NCBI GenBank assembly: GCA_964247055.1
Contig: OZ176058.1
Span: forward strand, 4,650,001 to 4,714,000
From: Paragordius varius
Taxonomy: Eukaryota; Animalia; Nematomorpha
Direction of reading: 5' to 3'
Length of the DNA: 64,000 bases
Shown piece by piece: positions 48,000 to 61,586 of the stretch. Position 1 is the stretch's first letter. The number at the start of each line of letters is the position of its first letter. A model generated the notes under the pieces. It searched no databases and was not told the DNA's origin. It saw only the letters and a list, made by a program, of their open reading frames with translations. The position numbers and the translations under genes are program-made.

Positions 48000-50900
48000 G
48001 TTCATGGGTAATATTATGGTCGTACTTGTGGTCACGGTTAAAGTAGGCGGTGGTTTAACCGCTAAAAACCCACTCAAAATTTCGACCAACGTATATTTGG
48101 TAAGTCTCGCTGTGGCGGATTGTATGTCTTTGCTCGCCGCTGTTCCAGAACAAGTCGTGAGTCATTTCATCCCCGTTAATCGATGGGTCCTAGGCGGTCG
48201 CGTTATTTGTTCGGGCGCTATTTTTGTCCAATACCTATCTATCAATGCTTCGGCCTTATCAATTACGGCTTTTACGCTGGAACGTTACCTAGCTATCTCG
48301 TACCCGCTGAAGGCTCAAGTCATTTGCACTTACAAACGCGCACAAAAAATTGTGTTGGGCGTATGGATTTTTTCTCTGCTATACTGTAGTCCATGGCTCT
48401 TTCTAACTTCCACGTTTCCCATGTACATTGTCCTGGAGCGGACAGAAACAGTTTCCGCGAAACCTGGACAACAGCAAAATACTAGTAATTCGTATAGCAA
48501 CTCTTTACCTTTTATACTGTCGTCATCACCAAATAATTCTGTCGTCCTAAATAATATTAATAATAACTGTTTTTTCCTTCAAAACAACGCAGCTGTTTCA
48601 CCTCATCATGATTATGACAAAAAAGAAAAAGGTGACCGTAAACCCCGACAAGCATTAGTAGGAACAGAACCGTCGAAGACAAAAGACATAAATATTGATG
48701 AATTCACTTCTTATTATCATTACGCTACTAACAAGGTTTTTTCACCAAAACAAAACGATATTACGATATCTACTCCTCACTCTTACAGGTATACCAGAAT
48801 TTATATATACATAATATTATTAATATTAATCAATATGTATATATATGACATTGTAATAAATTTATGTTAATCAAAAACGAGGAGATAGACTCATCAGTTT
48901 CAGACAGTATAGTCTATTAATTTAGATTGCAAAGCTAGAATATTAAATAAAGACATTTTCATTTATCTTTTCGTCCTTCCTTATTATTTATTGGTAAATT
49001 AGAAATTTTTTTGTCTGTGTGTTTTCCAATGTGAAAGGCCATTCATTATTATAATTCCTGTGGTCATTTGCATATTTTAAAGACTATATGCTCACAAAGG
49101 GTCAAAATAATATTATTATCAAGATAAGATTTTTAGTTATTCTATGTTTGTATTCTTGACGAATTCATTTTTAATTAAACTTTAATAACAAGATTTATTT
49201 GTTTTTGCAAATGGATTAAGAAAGAGAGATATAAATCTATTTAACTTTAAAATGAAATGAAATGACAAATCTTTGCATTTATCTGTCAAAAATTGGTTGG
49301 ACTTTTTTTTCAAAAACTATATTTGTATGGAATGATATGATATAACTTTTTACCATGATAACCTCTCAGTTGGGTTAAAATTAAGAGGGTCATTAAATTA
49401 AGTATAGATAACTCTAAGGTTAAGAATTTTTTTTACTAGAATTAACGTTAAATAATCAGGACTTTGCTTTAAAATACTGAAACAGTTATTTGAAACCATA
49501 TATTAGCTATAATGATTCAAAATATACTTTTTGTCTTTTATGTCAAAGTGTTAACTATGCTATACGTATTGTTATCCAATCTCTGTCATAAATTCGAAAA
49601 AAACAATTAAAAATTCATAGAATTTAAACCCAAAAACCAGATTTTTTGGAATAACCGTTTCTTTTGAACTATGTTAACCAAACTATTGGTTTGGATTCCT
49701 GTAAATATTTGTCTTAGAGGGTTTCTAATTTTTTTCATCCTATTTTTTTTTCTTGTAGATATGCAGAAACCAATTATCCAACGATAAGCAAGCAAAATGT
49801 CGAAAAAATACCAATGTTTAATACAACAACTTGCATATATGGTAAAGAAGATAATAATCTAAAACTAACATTGCAAAAATATGTGAAACCCGCTAAAATT
49901 TTCATGAAATATCGGCGAAAAAAATCATTTCCGTCTAATGTTAGCGATAAAAGTTTTGAGAACCAAACAAACTTCACAACAATGGAATATGAGAATAAAA
50001 CTATAAAATCGTTTCAACAAAAGTTAGGGGAACAAAGCAACTTTAACGATGATAAGAAAACGCAAACTTTCCTTAAGCAATACAATTTGAATGTCCGTAC
50101 TACAACTTACCCCCAAAATACTCAAACTACTATATAAATTCAACCTTCAATGAACTTTTCATTTGTAGAAAAAGAGCCATCTTTTTATTACATAAATCAT
50201 ACACACCATCAAATAATTTATAGTTGGCAACATTGTAGTTATGTCATTTCGAGAGAAGCATACCTAGGATACTATATGACAGATTTAATGTGTTTTATGC
50301 GCTCCCACTCATAATATCTTTCATATGTTACGGACTTATCATAAGGATCCTATTTCGAACCAATAAACACGAAAAATTGGTAAGGAATCGATTTGGAAAT
50401 AAAAGTATTTTGCAAAAACATCATAATTACCGTGATAACTCAGAGAATGGAAAAAACAGAAAAATCCCTGGACAACAGCAAGAACGCGAACAAGATCAAA
50501 CTATCTCAAATCTTTCTGACCTAAATAATATCAATACTAACATTCCAGTCAAAACAGATCAATCTTTTGTTTCTGACATCAATAGGCATTATGATTTTAA
50601 TAACGACAAACGTAATCAAATCCATCAAAATATTAATGGTGATAATAATAGACAAGGGAGAAATGATAAAATTACTGAAATGTCAACAATCCATCAATTA
50701 TCCAACTGCAACTTAAACCATGAAAACATGGCTAATCAAAACAGTCAAAACAACAGAAATACTTCACCTCAAACCATTTTTCCCCATCTAGAGATGGTAC
50801 CAACAAAATCAATATCTGATACCAATAAAAACAACGAATTAATAATCAATTTGAGGAATGACAGAAGCGTTTTGCATGATGGCAGCCAGATTAAAAGTGT

Positions 50901-53900
50901 TAAAAATGGGAATGAGTCAAATCAATCATTGGCTAATCCTAGCACCAGAAAATCTGAAAAAATTATGGATCTTTCACCAACAAAAACATCAACATTATCC
51001 CATGTAAGTTATGTTTTGTAATTATTTATTTTTATCGTTTGAGAGAATAACTAAACTTTTTTTATCTTAACGTAACCATAAGATACACATAAATCAATCA
51101 AAAACAAAAAAATTACACATCTCAATTCAAAAAAGTTGACTGATTATTTTAGTATGAAAATGGCAAAATGAATCCCAATAGGATCAGTTGTCTATCCATA
51201 TCTCTCTCTATATTTTGATATAATTAATATTTCTGGTTGTTTTTATGGTCAAGCCTGGTTTAACTGGAAACTTAAAATGTTGAAAAGAGTATTGATAGTT
51301 TTTTACGAGTAAATATATAACGTTTTAAATCACTTTGGAACAAATTTTCAAAAATGATAATTTTTCTAAACTCAAAAAACTATGTTTACAGTCTTAATCC
51401 GAATCGAAAAAATTAAATATTCTAGTTGGGATTATATTAAATTATACTGTTAATAGATGTTTGATTTATCAACAATTCATATTTGAAACCACATGTTTTC
51501 TATTATGTTATCTCCGGCTTTAAAAAAATTAATTTAAAAAAATGGTTTTGGATTCGCAAAATAGTGGATAGATATGTAAATTGTTTACATACTCATTATA
51601 TTTTCAATTATAATAAATTTGTACAAGTACATTAAAAATTTACGGAAAAAAAATTATAAAAACAAATATTTTATTCTCAAAGACAACCCCATACTTTTTT
51701 AAACTTCATTTTCGAAAATGTAACTCATTGTTTTGAATTGTAAATTATAAAATTGATATGTATATTGGTGACACAATCAATTATATATTTTATAATATTA
51801 ATTAGTTAATTTATATAAAAAAGTTATGGTTAAATAAAGTACGGGTTGTCTTTTAGAAAAAAAATGTCCTTATATTCTTACTTTTTGTCCATAGTATAAT
51901 TTCAGTTTTTACTGTAATATCAGTGTTTAAATAGTGTTGTGTTGCTTTTAAAAAATTCGTCTTTGAGTTTTTAAACCTGCATATTTTATTTTTTGCTGTG
52001 AATATGATAGTTATTATTGCTCAATCATATTTTTTCAAAATTTAATGGAAAATCTCATAAACATTTATTGACGGTTTAAAATTAATAAGGACTTTTCACG
52101 ATAAAAATTTTGAAATCTTGTATTATGTACCATAGGAGCTTATAGAATGCAAAATTTTCATTTTGGCTTAGTATCATTGATATTAATCATTATAATCGAT
52201 TTTGAATTTGCTAATAACTGTTCCTTGAAATATGTGTGTGAATGTTAAATATATAAAAAAATACCGAGCTATTTTTATTTAATCATTTAATTTTATTTTA
52301 AAACATAAAAAGGCCCAATTGAGGTTACTCTTTTATTCTACTTTTCTTCCAAAATTTACTTAAAAGCTGAATTTCAAGGACATTTTGACACTTTTTAAAC
52401 GTGTGCCTTTTTAAAATATTTACTTATAAATAATAAATTAATATAATTACTTTTTTGTTTTTTTACTTTAATAACTTAATCATTTAATGCCTTTTCCAAA
52501 GTTAACTACATTTTGGCTAAATTTTAAATTTGAAAACTTTAAAACTATATTTTTTGAACCAATTTTTTAATCTTAATGTAAAGAAGGTTAACCTAAGCTG
52601 ATTACAAATTTTTAAACCGTTTTGCTGAAATCTATATTATATATAACCTTCAATTATTTATATAGATTTTATATTTTTAATTTTAAACTACCATTTAAAA
52701 ATTGTATTGTACAATATATAAATCTCCAGGGGATACTTCGAATATGTTGCGAAACTCTGATAGATTTTAAAGCAATTTTATATTATGAAACAATTATTGT
52801 TTTTAATATATAATATAAAAAATATTTTTTTTGATACATTCAAATATCTGTGTCGGAATAAAACATTTTCAATATAAAGTTAATTGACAAGCCAAAAATA
52901 TATTGTGTAAGTAATTAATATACAGTAAAAATTAAACATCACGTGGGAAAAACGTAAAAAGTAAAAAGTAATGGTTTTTTTATTAAATAAAATTATTTTT
53001 TTCATCGCCCAATTTTAAATATAGTTTTTTGTAAACTTAATTAAGAATTAAAATTATATATTTTGTCCATATAGTTAGATAATTAATGGAAATATTATGC
53101 CATATTTACAGTATTAAAATTAAACGAGAAAAATTTACTAGACAGATATTTTCTACAATCAGCGAAACTTTTTAATATTTGATTTTTCCATTACCTACTA
53201 TCAAAAACTATAAGCTAAATAAGAAAATTAAATTTATTTAGAATATTTATTTATTTTTTAAGCATATAATTTTAATTTTTATTGGAATCGTTTGATAGAA
53301 AAATAGAACTATTTCTTTTTTCCAATCCACAACGATAGTTTATTACAATCAAATTGTAGTTAAAATTTAATCTTTTACATTAGAATAAAATGATTACTAC
53401 AAAGACAGAAACCAAATTTATTAAACCTTGCTATCAAGACAAAACTGATTTCTTATCAAACATGGCAAAAATTAATAAAGATTTCCAACAAATTATTGAT
53501 TCTGGAAAATCTGCCCCTGCACCTCCGAATAAAAAAATCAGGGGTAATAGTAATAATTCTTTCACAAAAGCCCGTAAAATTAATCGCAAATATACTGCCA
53601 TTTTTCGAACTAGCCCATCTCAACGAAAACGATTCAATAATAATAAATTAAATTTACGGGCAAATAATTTACCTGCTACTCAAGATTTATACTATTCAGT
53701 TTCTACTTTGTCCCCTTTAGTGCTTAAAAATAAAGCGAATGGAGGAGCAATATCAAGCCATATTACAGCAGTAAGAATTTAAAATATACAGACTAAATAA
53801 AATTTAAATACATGAGTTTTTTTTCTCAAAGAGAATTAATTATATTTTATAAACCTCAATATTTACTTAACAACAAAACTATATAAAGTAAAAACTGATG

Positions 53901-56654
53901 AAATACGGACATAAAAATATGAAGACAAATATTTTTTTTAAAAGACAACCATACTTTTTAAATCTTGATTTTTATTTAAATTGGCATGTGAAATAGAAAT
54001 ATATATCACTAACACAATCAATTCTATAATTTACTATTGTAACTAAATAGGTTATATTGAAAAGTTTAGGCTTTAAAAAAGTATGGTTGTCTTTTAGATA
54101 AAAATATTTGTCATTATATTTTTAAATTTATTTCAATTTTTACTATGACAACAAAAACTATAATATACATAATTTATAGTTTTACCAATTTACATCTCTA
54201 ATCCATATGCTTAGCTATTTAAAACAATCACTTATTTAGTGATAACTAAAGCTTGAGTCTATTTGCTGCAAACACGTATTTGTCTTAATGTGTGTTTTTA
54301 CGTTGTTTTGTCTGTATAATTTTTATCAATCAATTTTTACTGTAATCATCAGAATATCAACAACAACAGCAAGAGTTTCCAAGAAAGACCATCTATATGG
54401 TCCATCCGTTCTGGTCTAGAGAAACGATTAAGTCGACTAATGGTTTCCAATAGTCCCTCCCCTTCACCCCCACCCTACATGTTAACGACACATAAAAGAC
54501 GTGAAAAGCGTTCGGGAAAATCCAAGCTAAGAACCAAAATGCAAGTCAGTTTTGTTTTAGAATTTTTTTCTAAATTACTTTTTTGTGTTTCTGATTGCGT
54601 TTTATCAAATTTTCGCTTAAATATATTTGTGTCAGAAAATTTATTATATAATTATTCTGTTTTTTAATTAATATGGTCCTGATACAATTCAAATCCAGTA
54701 AAAACTGAAATTATACTATGGACATAATGTGAAAATATATAGACAAATATTTGTTTCTAAAAGACAACCATACTTTTTAAGCTTCATTTTTTTATGTATA
54801 ACTCATTGTTTCAATCTGCATATTATAGATTTGATATGTATATATTGGTGACATTAACTACATATCTTAAAATTGTAATTTTATAATTTCTACGAGAAAA
54901 ATAAGGTTTAAAAAGTATGGTTGTCTTTCAGAAAAAAAATTTGTCTTTATATTTTAAATTTTGTCCGTTTAATTTCAGTTTTTCCTAAATTACTTTTTTG
55001 TTTCTGATTCCGTTTTATCAAATATAATATTTGGCCAAATGTATTTGTGTCAGAAAATTTATTAAATAATAATTCTGTTTTTTAATTAATAAGTTTCTCG
55101 ATAGAATGAAATCAATATTTAAAAAAATGGTGTTTTGAAAATTTTTATGTCTACGTTTGCTCTGAATTTCAAAATGGCAAGACAAAAATTGGTTAGAACT
55201 AAAATTAAAATCAACTTAAAAACTTTTTTTCCCAAAGAATCCGTTGTCGTTTAAAAGGAAATATTTATGTTTTGTGTCCACAAAAACAGTTAAAATTTCA
55301 ATTACAACTCAATTCGTTGTTTAAATATATTAGTCATATATTTTTTCTAAAACTGGTGCCTTCCGGGCTGCCTTTTTAACTAAAAAAACCAGTGCGAACC
55401 GCATTTGAAAATAATATACCTGCATTATTAAATATTTTATCAGATATTTCAAAAATAGACAAACTTACAGTAGCGTATGGCATAAAACAATATTAGTCCA
55501 CAAAAGAATAAAAAATATTTTTCTAAAATAAACAAGGGTATGTTATGGATATGTCTATATACAACTAGGCTTGTTTTTTGAAAAAAAACCTTTTTATTCT
55601 ATTATGGACTAATAATGTTTTATGCCATACGCTACTGTATTCATAAATAAATTGTATGAGAAATATCATTTTTTTAAAATTATTTAAGCAATTTAATATT
55701 TTAAAAATTATTTTTTATTTAGTATTTTTGCAAATTTTTAATTTGGCCAAAATAAAGCATAATTCTATTTATGATAACAAAACAATTATTAATTTTAAAA
55801 CATTTTTATAGTTTTAATTATTTTTTTTATTTTTAATACATGACATGGTTCCTAAATCATTACTTATAATTAACAATTAATTAAAAGTAAGGATAAGGTT
55901 GAATAATTTCGATTAATTTTAACCAAGGACACACTTGGTAAAAACTAATCATAAGAAGTTTCATTGACATTAAAGTTATTTTATTGGTTAAAATTATGCT
56001 GGCTAGCCAATAATTAAAAAAAGCAAATAACATATTATTTTATATTTATAGTAAAATAGCTTCTTTAAGATTTTTATCTATATCAAACTGAAATGACACC
56101 CCACTTTTAGTTTTGTGAATCACAACTGCGGTTTTAAAAAAGATCTATCAACTAATTTATAATAAAAAAAATTTAAACTTCGCTTAATGTTTAAATTTAC
56201 TTTTAACTAATATTTGTAGAAAAAAACAGCATAAATTAAAATCGTCAAAGGATCATATAAAAATAATTAAATAATGGGAACAAAAAAAGTCAACACTAAT
56301 AATATTACACAAATTTAACCCTAACCGAAAGATTTCTATTAAAAATTATATGAAACCGTTTATCCGATTTTCTAATGAAACTAATTTTACTACTATGATA
56401 CAGTTAAAATCAAAGTTAATAAGACAAAACAAAAAGCAAAAAGGTTTACTAAAGCTTATTTATTATACTACTTTCTAGGGCGAAAAAAAAGGAATGTGTA
56501 AATTCGATAACACACAATTTTTATTTCACCATTAAATTAAATATTTACTTTTATTTTATACACATTTATCACTCTGTTTTTGTTTGCCTATGTTACCATT
56601 TTTAATCTGTACTCCCTATTTCGCAAACCAAACGATCGATTACTATACAATTTC

Positions 56655-57049
56655 CCATTTACAATTCAAATTCACTCTTGAAGAATTTAAATTTACCCTA
56701 AAAATAAATTATGTGTTTTCGGGCAGCTAATATAACTCATCATAAATATGAAAAAATAAATTTTTAATACATAGTTTAATATTTTTTTAGCGTTATATTA
56801 GTTTTAAACAGAATTTTATATTTTAAAAATATCAAAAAAATAAAGGTTACTTTAATCTTAAAAAACACATTATTTATTTTGGGTGAATTTGAATTGTTCA
56901 AGGGTAAATTTGAATTGTTCAAGGGTAAATTTGAGTTGTTTAAAGAGGAATTTGAATTGTTTAAGGGTAAATTTGAATTGTTCAAGGGTGAATTTGAATT
57001 GTTAAGGGTAAATTTGAATTGTTGAAGGGTGAATATAAACTGTAAATGG
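56655..57049. mobile_element. Family D foldback MITE in copy 4 intron 4
   Basis: Seven 21-bp units in the right arm (56881-57026). Confidence 0.72.
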
Positions 57050-58963
57050 TATATGGACTTAAATGTTTTTCATTCGTTTCACATTATTCTTGGCCCGCAA
57101 TACAGTTGCGCATGATTATAAAACCACAAATGGTTGAAAATACAATTTTTATTATTAATTATAACAACAAAAAATTATTTAATTAAAGACAAAATTTGAT
57201 TTTCCAATACATTACTCTGTTGGCTAGCAATAACGTGAATTGACCAGCATTAATGTGCATAATGTAATTAGAAAATGAAAGATAAAATATTTATTGTTAG
57301 ATTAAATAATTAGTTGTTATATTTTACAGTAAAAATTTAAATTTTACGGACAAAACGTAAAAATATAAAGTCAAATTTTTTTCAAAAGACAACCCCATAC
57401 TTTTTTAAACATTAATTTTTCCCAAATAAATTATCTGCTTTGGATTGTAAAATATATATCTGTTATATACATCTCTATTTCTTACTTGGCAATTCTCAAC
57501 CTCAACAGAGATTTATAAAAAAAACAAGATTTAAAAAGTATGGTTGTATTTTTAAAAAAAATATTTGTCTTTATAGTTTTACTTTTATATACATCTCTAA
57601 TTGATACTTGGCAATTCTTAACCTCAACAGAGATTTATAAAAAAATAAGAATTAAAAAGTATGGTTTTTTCAAAAAAATATTTGTTTTAAAATTTTACCT
57701 TTTGTCCGTAGTATAATTTCAATTTTTACTTTTATATACATCTCTAATTCATACTTGGCAATTCTCAACAGTGATTTATAATTAAAAAAACGAGATTTAA
57801 AAAGTATGGGGTTGTTTTTTAAGTAAAAAAATATTTGTCCTTATATTTTAACGTTTTGTCTCTTTATTTTAGTTATCAATTTTTACTTTTATAAACATCT
57901 CTAATTCATACTTGGCAATTATCATAGAGAGTTATTAATAAAACAAGATTTAAAAAGTATGGGGTTGTTTTTTAAGAAAAAAATATATGTCCTTATATTT
58001 TAACGTTTTGTCCATAGTATAATTTCAATTTTTACTTATTATGTTTTGTCTCTAAATTTTACTTTTAAATTTTACTTAAAAAAGTATGGTTGTTTTTTAG
58101 AAAAAATATTTGTCTTTATATTTTTACGTTTTGTCCATAGTATAACTTCAAATTTTCTTTTTATGTTCTAAATTTTAGTTTTTAATTTTTACTTTAAAAT
58201 GTTGTTTTTTATACATTATTCAAGGTTATCAAAATGTTGGTTGTAGTCGTAACGCTTTTTGCCCTTCTATGGATGCCTTATCGATTTCTAGTCGTTTATA
58301 ATTCCTACGCACCTCCTGAAAACAAAATAACCAATCTTTGGTTTCTACTTTATTTATCATTTATCATATATTTTTACCATAGATTTGTACATTTTAAAAC
58401 TAATTTTTACCAAACATATCATTGGAAAATCGAATTTTCTCCAGATATTATCTTTTTCTAGGTTTATTCATTTTTAAATGGTACAATTTGGAGATTAAAT
58501 TTAATAAAAATTAACCTTTTATGAAGCAAGGTGTTAGATATAAGAAAGGCCAGTTTATAAAAAGTACAATATTTTAATCCCTTGCTTACATGGGCTCATT
58601 TCATAAAATGCTCCTGAAATTATACGGACAGCATGTAATAATTTCTAAAAGACCATTCTTTTTTTTCATAAGACAACCATACTTTTTAAAATTTTGCTAT
58701 TAAAGATATTTAATTACAATCATAATCTAAAAAATTGATCGTGCCACCAATTTACATTTCTATTTTATATTTTGCAGTTAACAACAATCAGTTTTATATT
58801 CAAAAAAACATATCAAATGGTTGTTTAGAAAAAAATATTTGTTTTTATAATTTACGTTTTGTCCGTAAGATTTCAATTTTTACTGTATATTTATAATGTT
58901 GGTTTTGAGACAACTTTCCTGAAAACGTGTATCATTCATTTTCCAAAAGTCGGGCCATTTTTA

Positions 58964-59213
58964 CAGTAAAATCAAATTATACGGACAAAACGTAAAAATA
59001 TAAAGACAAATATCTTTTTCTAAAAGACAACCATAGTTTTTCAAACCTAAATTAATCCTAGTAAAATACTTAATAGCCTAAAATATATTATGTTAACGAT
59101 ATACATCTCTATTTTATACTTTGAAAATAAAAACAAAGAGTTAAATTCAAAATTTTTGGAAAAAAATATTTGTCTTTATATTACGTTTTGTCCGTATAGT
59201 TCAATTTTTACTT
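58964..59213. mobile_element. Family A MITE inserted in copy 4 only
   Basis: Interrupts GGGCCATTTTTA/ATAGTAC, which is contiguous in copy 1 (near 13520); TA duplicated. Confidence 0.72.
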
Positions 59214-59399
59214 TAGTAGTACACCGAGTAAACCGCGTAAATGGAAAAATTTTAAAAAATGTCTTGAAACTTTTTAGGAAACAGGTTAACCCCATTCTGA
59301 TTTATGAAATTCATAAAGTAATAACTATATAATAATTTTTAATTTTTTAATCCACTATAAAAAACGCATGTGTGTATTATACCCATCCTAATAGCTTAT

Positions 59400-60425
59400 A
59401 TCACAGTGTCGACGCTTGCGTAAAAATCTCTTTGGGTTTGAGTTTCAACAACACCTTGGCTTAGAGTTAACCAGCTTAATCGATGCGTGTTTCCAGGAGT
59501 TATCGTTATCTAGGAGAGTGTAACTGTGATATTGTGAGATAGTAGTCACCTTTTCTTTCTATAATATACCCCTGCCGTTACCCCTTACTCAACTTAGTTT
59601 TTTTATATAGATAGAGGTTGATTGGACTTAAATTCGCGATAAGGCTTTACATCATGTCCTATACATTCGATTGGGGTGGACTTTACATACGAGTTAGGGT
59701 TGTTAACTTGATTACAAAGTAGTTCTTTTAAAGATGTTGGCGACTTATTATGTAACACTGTTTATTGTTTTATATGCAAGTAAAAAGTCGGCTTTCATGG
59801 AGTTTTATTCAATTTTCAAGATTTTTATTATTTTTTCTACCAACCGTGGGTTTTTGCATGATAGGGTACGGATGTGCTTAATATAAGTTTTTGAAATATC
59901 AATTCGAATTCTTTTGTCTGAAGTAGCTGGCATTATCATTTACGATTTGACACGAAAATTCATATCCATCTTAGTGCTTTCCAGCGGCAGTTTGGAATAA
60001 AAACGAATAAACTTTGTGCACATTCACTTCGATCCAATGGGTGGCGCTATCGATAGTTAACAACTACTAACTATCTGCTGGGCAAAACCGCTTCCATTTC
60101 AGAATATAAATATCTCATCTATAGGGTGGATTTTCGGGGCCATTGGGTCGGTTGAATAGATATGCCTTTTAATTCTCTACCCATCGGGTGAAATCGTTCT
60201 CTTGTCCTTGATACTGAACTGCGGTCATTTAGACAAGGTAGATTATAGCAGGTTAACTCGAAGTTTTAGATCTTCCCCTTCCCAATGATTTGTTGTTAGC
60301 GCATTTTTACTTTGTTTAAAAGTTTCCTTTATGGTAGTTTTTTCATCAACTGTTCCTTTTTAGTTACGAAATCATTCCCTTCATAAACGTTGATAAAAAG
60401 GGGTAATCTGGATAAGGGGTACAAA
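59400..60425 (-). mobile_element. Ty3/Gypsy pol fossil in copy 4 intron 5
   Basis: Colinear homologue of the other three fossils at the same intron position. Confidence 0.78.
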
Positions 60426-60487
60426 TTTCTTTGATCATTTTATATTTCTTACAATCGTGTTAAATCGATTATATATCCACTTTTGTA

Positions 60488-60629
60488 CAGTAAAAATCAA
60501 AATTATACGGACAAAAATAAAAATATAAAGACAAATGTTTTTATTAAAAAGACAACCATAGTTTTTAAGACCTTAATTTTTCTCATAGTAGCTATTTAAT
60601 TATAATTGTAAAATATAGAATTGATTGTG

Positions 60630-60681
<52 letters not shown>

Positions 60682-60816
60682 TTATTTTAGACTTTGCCAT
60701 TTAAAACAATCAGCTATATTGAAAAAAATCAATATTTAAAAGGTATGGTTGTCTTTTAGAAAAAAATATTTGTTTTTAAATTTTTACGTTTTGTCCGTAT
60801 AATTTCAGTTTTACTG
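60488..60816. mobile_element. Family A MITE with an internal (TA)n expansion, copy 4 intron 5
   Basis: TA TSD and TIRs; about 21 TA units near 60636-60678. Confidence 0.78.
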
Positions 60817-60953
60817 TAATATAGAATTAATGTTATTAATACCTTTTTTTTCCTTCCAAAAGTCACCTAGCATTCATATCGTTTATTAAAAGCTATACGT
60901 AACTATAATTAGATGAATTTTGATATAACAAATTTATTCTTTTCTGCTACCGC

Positions 60954-61586
60954 TAGGGTTGTGCAGACCCAGTCAGACCATGATCATGACCACTTTTTAT
61001 TAAGTAAGTATCAGATATTGGATTGTCAGAATAACGTTAGAATTACACTTGCGTTTCATGTCATGTTTTATTTTAAAAGTTTGTACCATACATTTTTTGA
61101 TATTAGTTATTTACAAATATTTTTAATTAAATTTATTCAACAAATTTGTTTTCAAATGATTTTGCCATTACCTTCTGAAGCTTCAAATACATAGATTTTA
61201 ATACTGGATATTTCAAATATTTTACCTAGTTTTAAACTTAATCATTAAAATATCCAATTATAGGATGTTGATTTTATTGATTCACACATGGAATAATTGC
61301 ATATTTGGTTGATTGTTTTGTTTTACGAAATATCTGGATATGCTTAAATGCTAATGTTATAAGGATGCATGTTTAACAATTTAATATATTGTTAAATAAG
61401 GATTTAATATTTAATTTTTATTTTATGAAAAGTATATTAAAAAACAATATAATGTTACCATCTTTCCAAAAAAAATTTACTAGCAATTTTTCAAAAACAA
61501 CTGTTTTTTAAATGACCTTGGTCAAAAATTAAATAGTCACTGACCTGGTCAATTGACCGGGTCATGACTTGGTCAGCACAACCCTA
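60954..61586. mobile_element. Non-autonomous hAT-type DNA transposon, 633 bp, copy 4 only
   Basis: TIR TAGGGTTGTGC/GCACAACCCTA (11 bp perfect, ~22 bp imperfect); 8-bp TSD GCTACCGC/GATACCGC; the other copies show the empty site GTTACCGC; subterminal GACC/GGTC repeats. Confidence 0.85.

Noticed and set aside
56314-56326. TTTAACCCTAACC as an interstitial telomere repeat
   Set aside because: Fewer than two full units; expected by chance.
56881-57026. 21-bp repeats as a CRISPR array
   Set aside because: The repeats are contiguous with no unique spacers, form one arm of an inverted-repeat element, and lie in an intron of a eukaryotic gene.
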